Assembly: GCA_040390295.1 (NCBI GenBank)
Contig: JAZJYR010000024.1
Coordinates: 14,195-78,194 of the forward strand
Reading direction: 5' to 3'
DNA: 64,000 bases
From: Pseudomonadota bacterium
GTDB taxonomy: Bacteria; Pseudomonadota; Gammaproteobacteria; Burkholderiales; Burkholderiaceae_C
Positions 1 to 9,515 of the stretch are shown here, piece after piece (within the stretch, counting starts at the first letter, position 1; the number at the start of each line of letters is the position of its first letter). The notes below the pieces were generated by a model that saw only the letters and a list, made by a program, of their open reading frames with translations, searched no databases and was not told the origin of the DNA. A program made the position numbers and the translations under genes.

Positions 1-424
1 GGTGCCATGCGACGGAATTCAAAATTCAGCTGTGCCAGTGCATTGCTGGTGGCACCATCGGGCGACGCGATGCACAGAAGAAATACACGCTGCCAGCCAA
101 CCTGATCCAGAGGTGGCCGGCGCAGTTCGAGCGCGGCGAGCTCAGCGGCCAGGAGGCCAAGCCGAAGCGTCTGTCGTTGCTGGGTACGAAGCCAAGATCG
201 CTGCTGAACACCAGGCCCGGAAAAACACTCGGCTGGAGGACAGCAGCCGAAGCCTTGAAGGAATATCCAGAATCCAGTCAACAAGCGAGTGTTGCAACGA
301 CCGGTTGAATCGCCCGGCACGCGAGCGACACATTCCGGCGAGCACTGCGGGAGTCAGACCTTCGCGGATCAATGAGCTCGCCGGGAATCCCGACCACAAC
401 GCTCAGGAGGCGGCTTGGTCCTGA
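1..424 (+). pseudogene. IS3-family transposase OrfA remnant (runs off the 5' edge, frameshifted)
   Basis: Two frames together read HATEFKIQLCQCIAGGTIGRRDAQKKYTLPANLIQRWPAQFERGELSGQE then AEASVVAGYEAKIAA. This matches the HTH/leucine-zipper part of IS3-family OrfA proteins. The frame switches near nt ~150 and no intact ORF remains. Confidence 0.5.
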
Positions 425-654
425 TGAGAACCCATGGTTCAGTCCCGGTTTGACGACGCGGCCCGCGCTGGATCAGTTTTCGACGGAATTCAGCAAACGA
501 CGCAGGAAAAAAAAATACGTCGATAGGCGCTTGTTTACGGAGTAATTGGCGAAGAGGGTGTCAACCATCTCAATGCTGGAGGCTCTGAGGCGCCGCTTGA
601 GAAACGGCAACCGAACGATACCCAGAACAATGAGGTGAGACCAAAATGACAAAA

Positions 655-682
655 GGGTTAGCGTGTACTTACACGCTAACCC
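655..682 (-). terminator. rho-independent terminator just downstream (minus strand) of the displaced tRNA-Arg 3' end
   Basis: Hairpin GGGTTAGCGTGT/ACACGCTAACCC. On the minus strand it is followed by TTTTGTCATTTT. Confidence 0.6.
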
Positions 683-692
683 TCGTCATTAC

Positions 693-739
693 TGGTGCGG
701 CTGGCAGGAATTGAACCCACGACCCCTTGGTTCGTAGCC
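693..739 (-). repeat. 47-bp direct repeat identical to the 3' end of tRNA-Arg(ACG); distal att site of the island
   Basis: TGGTGCGGCTGGCAGGAATTGAACCCACGACCCCTTGGTTCGTAGCC is identical to nt 51786-51832. Confidence 0.9.
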
Positions 740-969
740 TGCCCAGAGAAAGTAAATGTTAATTAAATCAATAGCTTACGGACGCCCACACTTCCGCAGA
801 TTGATGAACGATGTTTAGAGGTGCCCAAGAGACTCACGCAAAAGTCACGCAACTATTTAGACATAGACGCGACCCAAAACGCATGGAAACACGTGATTAT
901 TTTTTATTGCGGAATTCATTGTTCGTAATGAGAAGGTCGGGTGAAGGCATGGCTGAATCGCACCGTATT

Positions 970-2401
970 TGAACTGCCCCCCCAGAAGTTGGACGGTTAC
1001 GATCCCGGCGATCATGCGGAGCTTACCAGCCGGTATTCCACCGGGCTGAGACCTCTCAATCCGAGCTTGATACGCTCGTTGTTGTAGTAGTCAATGTAAT
1101 CGTTCACGCCCGCTTCCAGTGCCTCAATGCCTTCGATCGTTGCAAGATAGAAGTACTCGGCTTTTAAGGTGCCGAAGAAGCTCTCGATCACGGCATTGTC
1201 AAGGCAATTGCCCTTGCGGCTCATGCTTTGTGTGACGCCGCAACGCGCAAGCATCGTCCGATAAGGTTGCATCTTATAGTGCCAGCCCTGATCCGAATGT
1301 ACGGTCAGTTCGCCGGTATGCCCGGCCCGTGAAAGCGCCGCGCCATGTGTGCCAGAGACCAAGTCGAACACGGGACGCCTGGCCATGCGGTGCGCAATGA
1401 TCTCGCCGTTATAGAGGTCCATACAAGCCGACAGATAGAGCTTGTGCCCGTTCACGTTGAACTCTGTGAATCTGTACCCCACTTCTGGTTGGGAGCACTC
1501 GCCAGGAAGTTGCGCTGCAGGACATTGGGAACGTGAGCATCGCTCACGCCTGGAACTCCCCGCGAGCGCTTTTTTGCCCTGATCAACGCGCGCAATCCCA
1601 TCTTTTGCATCAGGCGCTGCACGCACTTGAGGTTGACGGGTTCTGCCATCGACCTGTCAGCGTTGCCGTGATCCGTCTGTAGCCGTAACGGCCCTTGTGC
1701 TTGTCATAGACGGCACGGATTCTGCCTTGCATGTCGCTCTGCTGTTCGGCGCGCATGTTCGGCTGGCACTGATAGTAGTATGTGCTACGGGCAAGGCCTG
1801 CTACCTCCAACAGGTCTGCCAGCTTATGGTGTTGCCTCAACCCGGCAATCAGACGCGCTTTGTCGGCGCAGCTGATCTCTTCGCCCGGATCAAGGCTTGC
1901 AGTTTTTTTAGGTACGCTACCTCCGCGCGCAGTCGCTTGTTCTCTTCAAGCAAGGCGTGCGCCGAATCGGCGGTGGCCGTATCTGACAACGCTGGGGAGC
2001 ATCGTTCTGACTTCATAGTGGGATGGCCCTGTTTCTTGCTTCCAAGCGCCGGCAGGCCGCCTTCTTGAAGATTGCGTCGCCAGACCACCGCCTGGTTGGG
2101 ATTTCGGATGTCATACACCGCCGCAACCTGGCGGCTCGAAAGCTGATCGCGGTCCTGGTGGGACAGCACCTGCAGCTTGAACTGCTCACTGTACGCGCTG
2201 CGCTTGGGGCGCAACCCGTCTAGGCCGTGCAGGCGGTAATGACTCACCCGATCTTCTCTTCGGGCACTGACCACTGCCGCGCCAGCAGCTTCGCTCCGCC
2301 TTCCCCTGTCATAAAGCTCTTGACGACTTTGAACTTGAACTCAGTTTTGTACTTTTCCATGAAACCCTTTGACGTTTGTCCAACTTCTGGGGGTCAGTTC
2401 A
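970..2401 (-). mobile_element. IS3-family insertion sequence with imperfect terminal inverted repeats and a 3-bp target duplication
   Basis: IRs are TGAACTGCCCCCCCAGAAGTTGGAC (970-994) and GTCCAACTTCTGGGGGTCAGTTCA (2378-2401). ATT flanks both ends. An A7 slippery site sits at 1903-1909 (minus strand) between orfA and orfB. Confidence 0.85.
1012..2360 (-). pseudogene. IS3-family transposase orfAB, disrupted by extra frameshifts
   Basis: orfA starts MEKYKTEFKFKVVKSFMTGEGGAKLLARQWSVPEEKIG, hits a stop, then continues in another frame as VSHYRLHGLDGL. orfB (DDE/rve core, HSDQGWHY...SRKGNCLDNAVIESFF) is split over three ORFs (1610-1840, 1452-1649, 1012-1626). Confidence 0.8.
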
Positions 2402-2557
2402 ATTTTGAGGACGCTCGCTGGGTTAAGTCAGACCAATGTGGCGGCCTGACTGGCTAATTGCTGATAGTAATTTTCTTCAGCTTCGGCAGGGGGGGGGATT
2501 CCGCAAGAGGCATTCACACATTCAAATTGCCAGCTGGGGCCGCGGTGAAGGCCTGTC

Positions 2558-2899
2558 GTGCATACGGACGATTGCGCCGTGGACAAACGCCTCCAGCACC
2601 GGGACAGCGAATGTTTTATTGCCGTCGACTGGTCGGACGAGCCGGTCCGGACGTTCGAGACCGCCCTTGTCGTGACCGTCTCCGATGGCAAGGGCGTTCT
2701 AGCCAAAGTGGCAGCCGCGCTGGCGCTGGCCGAGGCCGACATCACGCATGTGAACATGGGCCAGGAGCGAGCACAGGAAGCCACGGAGCTACTCTTCGGT
2801 ATCGCCGTTCGCGACTGTGTTCACTTGGCGTCGGTCCCGCATGCGATCAAGCGCACGCCATCGGTCATTCGTGTCCAGCGGGCCAGGCCGGCGCCCTGA
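2558..2899 (+). pseudogene. RelA/SpoT-family C-terminal (ACT domain) remnant, 5' truncated
   Basis: VHTDDC...FIAVDWSDEPVRTFETALVVTVSDGKGVLAKVAAALALAEADITHVNM resembles the extreme C-terminus of (p)ppGpp synthetase/hydrolases. No synthetase or hydrolase domain lies upstream. The upstream frame contains a stop and then non-coding DNA up to the IS3. Confidence 0.55.
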
Positions 2900-2917
2900 A
2901 CTACCGGGGGCTGGACA

Positions 2918-3474
2918 TTAAGGCGCTGAAAACGCGGGGTAGTCCACACTGAGAATGTGGAGCTCATGGACGCCATTGGGGGTCACCGGGCTAACGTCAT
3001 CACGAAGGTCTTGGGAAGCGTTCGGGCCACCGGTGACACCCAGTTGATCTCACCCTTGAGGGTGTCTGCCTCATCGATGGCAAGAATTGTCACCGTGCGT
3101 TCAAGGTCCGCATCATCGACATAGCTAACGGTCGCGCCAAAAAATACCTGTTGGCTGCCATGGAGCAGCGATGGATCGGCAATTTCGGAAATCTCGAGCC
3201 GTTGGGTCGAAAAGCGGATTCGCCTGTCAATCTCGCGCAAGCGCTTTTTTCCGTAGATGTGGTCACCATTTTCGGACCACTCACCATTGCTCGCCGCCCA
3301 ATGCCCCACGTCCACGATTTTGGGACGCTCCTCGTCGATCAGTTGCAACAGTTCAAAGCGCAGGCTCGCGTCGCGCTTCGGGGTAATGTAATTCTTGCCG
3401 CCCGGAGGAAGGGGCGGCAGGCCCGGCGCGTCGTCGTCTTCTGCGTCGGATTCTTTGGTGGAGGCCTTGCTAAT
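2918..3474 (-). pseudogene. greB: GreB-like transcript cleavage factor, start codon changed and 3' frameshift
   Basis: KNYITP...ERPKIV...WAASNGEWSENGDHIYGKKRLREIDRRIRF matches GreA/GreB. The expected N-terminus (M)SKASTKESD begins with ATT. The C-terminus ARTLPKT only continues as RDDVSPVTPNGVHELHILSVDY after a frame change near nt ~3010. Confidence 0.6.
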
Positions 3475-3541
3475 GGCGACTGAGACAATAGCATCATGGG
3501 GCGTGCTCACAGGCACACTACCGTGGCTTGGAAAGAAAAAA

Positions 3542-3563
3542 GCCCGCAACCAACGTTGCGGGC
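3542..3563 (-). terminator. rho-independent terminator following the relic tRNA-Arg fragment
   Basis: 9-bp stem GCCCGCAAC/GTTGCGGGC with a 4-nt loop. A T6 run follows on the minus strand, and a T-run also follows on the plus strand. Confidence 0.6.
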
Positions 3564-3575
3564 CTTTCCATTTTT

Positions 3576-3602
3576 TGGTGCGGCTGGCAGAAATTGAACC
3601 CA
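3576..3602 (-). repeat. degenerate third copy of the tRNA-Arg 3' end (27 bp, 1 mismatch)
   Basis: TGGTGCGGCTGGCAGAAATTGAACCCA compared with TGGTGCGGCTGGCAGGAATTGAACCCA of the tRNA. Confidence 0.7.
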
Positions 3603-3739
3603 GCTGGCGCGGGGCGCAGCATTTGGCGATAGTATCCAAGGCTCTGGGACATGATGGCGACCAGACAGGGCGTGCTTATTACACCTACATGCGTATCGGC
3701 TAGCGCTGCAACGTTGGGCGGTGGGAATCGCGACAATGC

Positions 3740-4078
3740 TCACTTAGTCGGGGCATTGGCAAGGATGGCACGAAGTTCGGTCTCGACGCGTTCAAGATGG
3801 CGTAGGAGTAAAGACAGCGGCAGAGGCGTGCCAGCCGCGTGCCCCAACTCGGCGGAGTTAATGTTCTCGCCGATCTTGTAGGCCGCCACTGCATAACAGG
3901 ATCCTTTCATCTTGTGTAGCAGATCAAGCTGGAGGCCCACGTCTTGTACGCTGACCGCAGCGGCTAAATCCGAGCGCCACTGGGGCAATTGCCGAAGGAA
4001 TACGCCCGCCGTGAGGCTTAGCCACCTCAGGTCGCCGGTCAATCGCCCGAACTCTAACAAGTCGATTTCAGAACTCAT
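3740..4078 (-). CDS. Hpt (histidine phosphotransfer) domain protein
   Basis: LLHKMKGSCYAVAA matches the HxxKGS Hpt phospho-histidine motif. Small all-helical 112-aa protein. Confidence 0.7.
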   Translation of the reverse strand: MSSEIDLLEFGRLTGDLRWLSLTAGVFLRQLPQWRSDLAAAVSVQDVGLQLDLLHKMKGSCYAVAAYKIGENINSAELGHAAGTPLPLSLLLRHLERVETELRAILANAPTK

Positions 4079-4119
4079 GGTCGGCTATAAGCAGACAGCC
4101 AAAAAGTCGTCACCAATGC

Positions 4120-4767
4120 TTAGTCCCTGGGCGTGGGGGAGTCACGCAGAGTGTCGGCAAAAAACATCTGCACATGGGCATCAACAAAGCCCCTGAGACG
4201 CTGTAACTCAAGAGGTTTGCGTAGAAACAGTACGTTAGGCACAAGTCCGCCACGCTTTTCGATCTCCAAGTCATTCATGCCAGAGATAACTACAAGAGCG
4301 ATGGAGTGGTACTCCGGACGCGCATTAACCAGCTGTAGCAGCCTGAAGCCGTCGAACGGCTTCATGTTCAAGTCCGTGATCATTATTCGGGGGCGGTTGC
4401 GCTCGAGCATCAAGACGGCATCCAGACCATCCGTAGCCTGCAGGACTGTAACCAGAGGAAAGCACTCGGCAAACATGCTTGAGATAAGCGCAAACGTTGT
4501 CGCATCGTCCTCCACCACCAGAACTGTCAGCGCATCCGTCTTGTCAGCTACCCGGCTTCCTGGCGCGGGCAGGGACATCAAGCCAAGAAGAGCTTTTGGC
4601 CCAGTCTTCTGATTCACAGCATCGACAGCTTCACGCGCCAAACGGCGATGGCCGCCAGCTGTCTTGACTGCCGGTATCTTTCCAGAATCCACGAGTTTCT
4701 GCACCGAAGTCTTGGACAGCCCAAGGATTTCCGCAGCCTCCCCTATCCCCAAAAACTGTTTATCCAA
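4120..4767 (-). CDS. response regulator with N-terminal excisionase/MerR-type HTH and C-terminal receiver domain
   Basis: IGEAAEILGLSKTSVQKLVDSGKIPAVKTAGGHRR is an HTH. It is followed by VLVVEDD...ITDLNMKPFDG...LRKP, which are receiver motifs. Confidence 0.75.
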   Translation of the reverse strand: MDKQFLGIGEAAEILGLSKTSVQKLVDSGKIPAVKTAGGHRRLAREAVDAVNQKTGPKALLGLMSLPAPGSRVADKTDALTVLVVEDDATTFALISSMFAECFPLVTVLQATDGLDAVLMLERNRPRIMITDLNMKPFDGFRLLQLVNARPEYHSIALVVISGMNDLEIEKRGGLVPNVLFLRKPLELQRLRGFVDAHVQMFFADTLRDSPTPRD

Positions 4768-4946
4768 AGTTGACTCTCTTCAATTAATTCGACAAATCGA
4801 GATTTGTAACGGCTATGCAAGTGAGTGGGCGCTGCAACAAACCCTCAAACGAGACTTCAAAAACGCAAAAAAAACACTAAAAGTCAAAATAAACGTTCGC
4901 AAAATGTGCGTATTCCCCATTTAGGCACAACCGAATTTAGAATTCA

Positions 4947-6623
4947 ATGGATATCACGAATTTTTTACAATCAATGTTTGATTTTTTCCGAAAAGCCGCT
5001 ACCCCGAGCAAAGAGCCCTCCCCTGCGCCGGACATGGGGGCCAACGAGTTGGCGAGCCTGGCGCTGGACGCTCTTCCCTACCTCACGCTGGTGACGAACT
5101 CAGCGGGAATGATAGTTTATGCGAGCAAACCAGCCACCAGGCTGCTGGGATGGCACCCTGATGAATTGCTGCGAGTTCCTGTTACACAGTTTTTGTCCCC
5201 GCTCGACGAACCAAAACTAAGACCCTTTTTATCGGCGGTACACGCCGGGGCTGCGCGGCCCACTCCCATCCATGAAGTGGAAGTTCACATTTTGAACAGG
5301 GATAAGCGGGTCAACAAGGCAATGATGTCTGCCGCGCAATTCAACTTCCAGGGTCAGCTATACACATCCATCGCACTGCGCTTTGCACCATCCGAGCAAC
5401 GGGAACTGCGGCTCGCAAGGGAGCAGGCCATCTTGTTCAAGCAGGCAAATGACAGCAAGAGCCGCTTCGTGGCCAACTTGAGTCACGAAATCAGAACCCC
5501 GCTGAACAGCGTGCTGGGCATGATTGACCTGCTCGCCTCGACAACTGTAGATTCTCAGCAGCGCACCTACCTGCACAGCCTGAGAAAGAGCGCACGCGAC
5601 TTGCGCGTATTGGTTGATGATGTTCTGGATTTCTCCAAAATTGAAGCAGGGCTGTTGGTTGTCCAGGAAATTCCTTTCGACTTGGCCGAAACCCTCAAAG
5701 TCGTTGTGCAGAGCTTCAAGCCTTTGGCTGACAAACAGGGCGTTGATCTGAAGCTTGAGATGGCCCTTGACCAGCGGGCGTATTTGGGCGACCGACATCG
5801 CCTGGCCCAGGTACTCAACAATCTTTTAAGTAACGCGCTTAAGTTCACTTCACAGGGAAGCGTGGAAGTGACGGCGTATTCACGGATGTTGATGGGCACA
5901 AACGACCGTTGCCGTATAACGGTTTCAGTTACAGATACTGGAATCGGAATTTCGGCAGAACAGCAAGAAGGGGTTTTTAAGCTCTTTCATCAGGCCAGCC
6001 CCTCAATCTCAAGTAGTCACGGAGGTTCCGGTCTGGGCCTTTTCATATGCCGGGAACTGGTTGAGCTCATGGGCGGGAAAATATCATTGCGCAGCCAGCC
6101 GGGCGCAGGTTCCACGTTTGAGTTCTGGCTCGATCTGGAACCGATCCATACCCAGGTGAAGTCAGCGGATACGGCACCACCCGCCCAACTTGAACCTCTG
6201 GTGGGAGCGTGCATTTTGATTGTCGAGGATGACCCGACCAACCAGGCGCTGCTGGCAGCCTGGCTGCAGCAGGCAGGGGCGCTGACAACCTTGTGCAACA
6301 ACGGCCAGGAAGCACTCGAAAAGCTGACCGGGGGCGTTTATTACGATGCCGTGCTCATGGATGTTTCCATGCCCGTCATGGATGGGCTGACAGCAACGCG
6401 GCGCATTCGCCAGCCTAACCCGCAAGACTCGTCCGAGCGACAGCGCTACATGAAAACAGTTGCAATTATTGGGATCAGTGGCCATGCATTCACGGAAGAC
6501 CGCGTCCGGTGCCTCGAAGCCGGCATGACCGATGTCCTGATCAAGCCTCTGTCACGCGTGATGGCCATGCAAACGCTGGCTGCAGCGCTTGAAAACAGCT
6601 ACGCAAATAAAGATCTGACTTAA
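4947..6623 (+). CDS. hybrid sensor histidine kinase (PAS - HisKA - HATPase - receiver)
   Basis: H-box SHEIRTPLNSVLG, G-boxes DTGIGI and GGSGLGLFICRELVELMGG, and a C-terminal receiver ILIVEDD...LMDVSMPVMDG...IKPL. Confidence 0.9.
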   Translation: MDITNFLQSMFDFFRKAATPSKEPSPAPDMGANELASLALDALPYLTLVTNSAGMIVYASKPATRLLGWHPDELLRVPVTQFLSPLDEPKLRPFLSAVHAGAARPTPIHEVEVHILNRDKRVNKAMMSAAQFNFQGQLYTSIALRFAPSEQRELRLAREQAILFKQANDSKSRFVANLSHEIRTPLNSVLGMIDLLASTTVDSQQRTYLHSLRKSARDLRVLVDDVLDFSKIEAGLLVVQEIPFDLAETLKVVVQSFKPLADKQGVDLKLEMALDQRAYLGDRHRLAQVLNNLLSNALKFTSQGSVEVTAYSRMLMGTNDRCRITVSVTDTGIGISAEQQEGVFKLFHQASPSISSSHGGSGLGLFICRELVELMGGKISLRSQPGAGSTFEFWLDLEPIHTQVKSADTAPPAQLEPLVGACILIVEDDPTNQALLAAWLQQAGALTTLCNNGQEALEKLTGGVYYDAVLMDVSMPVMDGLTATRRIRQPNPQDSSERQRYMKTVAIIGISGHAFTEDRVRCLEAGMTDVLIKPLSRVMAMQTLAAALENSYANKDLT

Positions 6624-6646
6624 CTCAAAAAATACCTTGGTCACCC

Positions 6647-8440
6647 ATGCTTTTATTGTTTGACTTATATCTACGCCTGACTAAACAGCTAAACCCAGTG
6701 CATTTTCGATCTTTACTTATTGATGGACTCAGGCGTTCTCGCTCAATGTTCTGGCGTGTGGTTAATCAATTGGGTGTTGCTCGCCTGACGTGGTTTGCTT
6801 ACGGCCTGAGCATCCTTGCGTTGGTAAGCCTGGCCCTGATTGCGAGGACAACTGACCTGAACGGGGAGCTTTCTTCGATAGATGAAACTCTCAGCGCGAA
6901 TGCACAGGGTTATGCGAAATATGTTGCCCTGAACATTTCGATCACTGACCAGGAGCTCGTATCCTATCGAGCCAAGCATCTATCAGGTCGTACCTTACCC
7001 AGTGCATCAGAACTCAAAGAAGAATTGCCTGTCCTTGAAGACCTCCTGCTCCAACTGGCTATTGCCGATGCAAATGGTCAGATCATCTACAGTTCGCTGG
7101 GCGCTTCCAGCACGTCAGTCAGCATTGCTGACCGCGCTCACTTCCTGGCTGCTAAAAACAACCCAAAGGATGAACTCTTTATCAGTGAGCCTGTGATCGG
7201 TCGGTTGTCGCGGAAACCTTCTTTGCAACTGACCCGTCCTGTATTCTCGCCAGCAGGTGTTTTCAGTGGCGTGATCGTGGCCAGCATAGACCCTGAACAA
7301 TTCAAAAAATACTTTACAGATCTGAAAGTGTTGAATCATGATGGTGCGATAACGATCTTTGGTCTTGACGGCCTGGTTCGCTTTCGGCTGAACCGTAGGG
7401 GTTTCAGTGCTGGGCAAAATTTGCTTGGATCACCTCAATGGCAAAAACTTAGCACCCTTGATTCCGGTCTTTTCACTCAAAATTCCCTTGTTGACGGGGT
7501 GGCGCGGCGCGTGGCGTTTCAAAAACTTGAGGGATATCCCCTGGTGATCGCTGTAGGTGTCGGGCTGGACGAAAGCTTGCGTGGCTTTCATGCTCGTTGG
7601 GAGCTGTTCGGCCTTACCGCGATTTTGATGATGCTGGTGCTGACTCTTATAGCCAAAATTACAATCCGTTTGGCAAAGGGTGAGCGGCGCTCCATCGACC
7701 GTTTAGTGCAGAACCGCGAGCGCGTACAGCAGAAAAACCTGTCAAAGTCAAGGTTTCTTGCATCGGTATCTCATGAATTGAGAACGCCGTTGAACTCGAT
7801 TCTTGGTTTTTCTGAGCTCATACGCGATACGGACACCGGCCATCAGACCAGCCACTTCGCGGACTTGATTCACAAGAGCGGTACCCGATTACATGCGCTG
7901 ATCAACACCATCCTTGATCTCAGCAAAATTGAATCAGGCCAGATGGTGTTGACGTCCGAATACTTCGACCTCCCCCAGCTGCTTGATACGCTGGTACAAA
8001 TTAACAAGGTAGGCGCCGACGAGAAAAAAATTGAACTGTCGCTTTCTGTCGTAGGGGTTACGCAGAGCGTTGTTCAGGCTGATCGCTCCAAGCTGGTGCT
8101 GGTTATCAACAATGTGCTTCACAACGCCATCAAGTTCACCTCGACAGGTGCCATTTTTGTTGTGTTGAAACCGCAGGGCGATAAGGGGCTGCTGATTTCG
8201 GTGGTTGACAGTGGCATCGGCATTCCCCACGATCTGTTAAGCAAGGTATTCGATCGCTTCAACCAAGCTGACGAGTTCATGGTCCAATTTGAAGGCAGGG
8301 GCCCCGGCTTGGGGCTGGCGCTCTGCAGGGAGTTGATGGACCTCATGCAAGGCAAAATTACGCTGTCGTCCGAGGTAGGTCAAGGCACGACGGTCGATAT
8401 TTTCGTCCCTTATTTCATCGAGGAAAGAAAAACAACGTGA
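6647..8440 (+). CDS. sensor histidine kinase with periplasmic Cache-like domain
   Basis: Two TM segments flank a ~270-aa sensor region (IADANGQIIYSS...SIADRAHF...ISEPVIGRLSRKPSLQLTRPV). H-box SHELRTPLNSILG and G2 box GPGLGLALCRELMDLMQG are present. The start may lie downstream at MFWRV. Confidence 0.85.
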   Translation: MLLLFDLYLRLTKQLNPVHFRSLLIDGLRRSRSMFWRVVNQLGVARLTWFAYGLSILALVSLALIARTTDLNGELSSIDETLSANAQGYAKYVALNISITDQELVSYRAKHLSGRTLPSASELKEELPVLEDLLLQLAIADANGQIIYSSLGASSTSVSIADRAHFLAAKNNPKDELFISEPVIGRLSRKPSLQLTRPVFSPAGVFSGVIVASIDPEQFKKYFTDLKVLNHDGAITIFGLDGLVRFRLNRRGFSAGQNLLGSPQWQKLSTLDSGLFTQNSLVDGVARRVAFQKLEGYPLVIAVGVGLDESLRGFHARWELFGLTAILMMLVLTLIAKITIRLAKGERRSIDRLVQNRERVQQKNLSKSRFLASVSHELRTPLNSILGFSELIRDTDTGHQTSHFADLIHKSGTRLHALINTILDLSKIESGQMVLTSEYFDLPQLLDTLVQINKVGADEKKIELSLSVVGVTQSVVQADRSKLVLVINNVLHNAIKFTSTGAIFVVLKPQGDKGLLISVVDSGIGIPHDLLSKVFDRFNQADEFMVQFEGRGPGLGLALCRELMDLMQGKITLSSEVGQGTTVDIFVPYFIEERKTT

Positions 8441-8826
8441 TGCAGCATGTCCCTGTGGTCTGGGTTGTCGACGATGAGGAAGTGAACCGCCTTCTGGCCC
8501 GCGCTTATCTTGAACGGCTGGGCTGGAAAGTCGAGGAATTTCAAAGCGGTTTCGACGTGATGCGAAGCCTCAAGGAAGGAAGTCCGCAAGCATTTCTGCT
8601 CGACGTGCGTATGCCCGGCATGACGGGTGATGAACTGGTACGCAATATCCGGATGCAGTACCCCGGTCAACCTATCCGCATCGTGGGCTACACAGCTCAC
8701 TGTATGGAGGACACGCTTGAACACATCGTGGAAGCGGGGTTCGACCAGGTACTGATCAAACCGGTTTCTTTCCAGCAAATGGCTGCCGCCCTTCCCCTGA
8801 CATTGAGTAAGTGTTCTTTTAATTGA
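8437..8826 (+). CDS. single-domain response regulator (receiver only)
   Basis: VWVVDDEE...LLDVRMPGMTG...IKPV. The start overlaps the stop of the upstream kinase. Confidence 0.85.
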   Translation: MMQHVPVVWVVDDEEVNRLLARAYLERLGWKVEEFQSGFDVMRSLKEGSPQAFLLDVRMPGMTGDELVRNIRMQYPGQPIRIVGYTAHCMEDTLEHIVEAGFDQVLIKPVSFQQMAAALPLTLSKCSFN

Positions 8827-8952
8827 CCAACGCCGGAATCTCACACCTGCGTTGCTTTCTCCCACCGGCGTAACCGGTATACAAAAGCTGAAAGCTCAGC
8901 CAAGCTTGCTGGGTGCCACTATTAATCATTTTTTAGAGTTTTAATAAATTAA

Positions 8953-9396
8953 ATGAAAAAACTTCTGATTGTTGATGATGACATCGCTACGCGACGGCTC
9001 CTTCACGCGTACTTCAAATACGAATATGTGATCATGGAGGCCAGTGACGGCCTGAGTGCCCTGGAGATAGTGCAGAAGGAAAAACCAGACGTTGTGATTC
9101 TTGATGGAATATTGCCAAAGCTCGATGGACTGGCGGTACTTGCCATCATCAAGTCTGACCCGGCACTTGCCCACATTCTCGTGGTGATGATGACAGGGAG
9201 GGGACAGTTATCCGACCTCGAGAAAGGCGTGTTCATGGGTTCTGACGCTTACTTCATAAAACCCGTCAGTCCGGTAACCTTGAAGACCTGGATATCAAAC
9301 AACCTTAAAGCCGACAAAGAGCCGGTCTCTCATACCGCAAGCAGCGCGATCACATTTGTGGAGCAACCTGCGCTGTCACCTGGGCCGATAGACTGA
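8953..9396 (+). CDS. single-domain response regulator (CheY-like)
   Basis: KKLLIVDDD...ILDGILPKLDG...FIKPV. Confidence 0.85.
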   Translation: MKKLLIVDDDIATRRLLHAYFKYEYVIMEASDGLSALEIVQKEKPDVVILDGILPKLDGLAVLAIIKSDPALAHILVVMMTGRGQLSDLEKGVFMGSDAYFIKPVSPVTLKTWISNNLKADKEPVSHTASSAITFVEQPALSPGPID

Positions 9397-9515
9397 CGGG
9401 ATGGCCGCTGGGGACTGTACCCGCGCATGCCATGACAAGTTAACGGAGAAGTGCCCCCCCACTCGAACCGGGTTGGCAGGTGCGAGATTCTCTCGTAGCC
9501 GTTCAGGAGACGGCA

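Noticed and set aside
752-779. There is sequence similarity between 752-779 (GTAAATGTTAATTAAATCAATAGCTTAC) and 36160-36186 (GTAAATTACATTAAATCAATGACTTAA), including the shared 10-mer TTAAATCAAT.
   Set aside because: Both lie in AT-rich DNA. The match needs a gap and is short. It could be chance, so I record it only as something to test with a genome-wide motif count.
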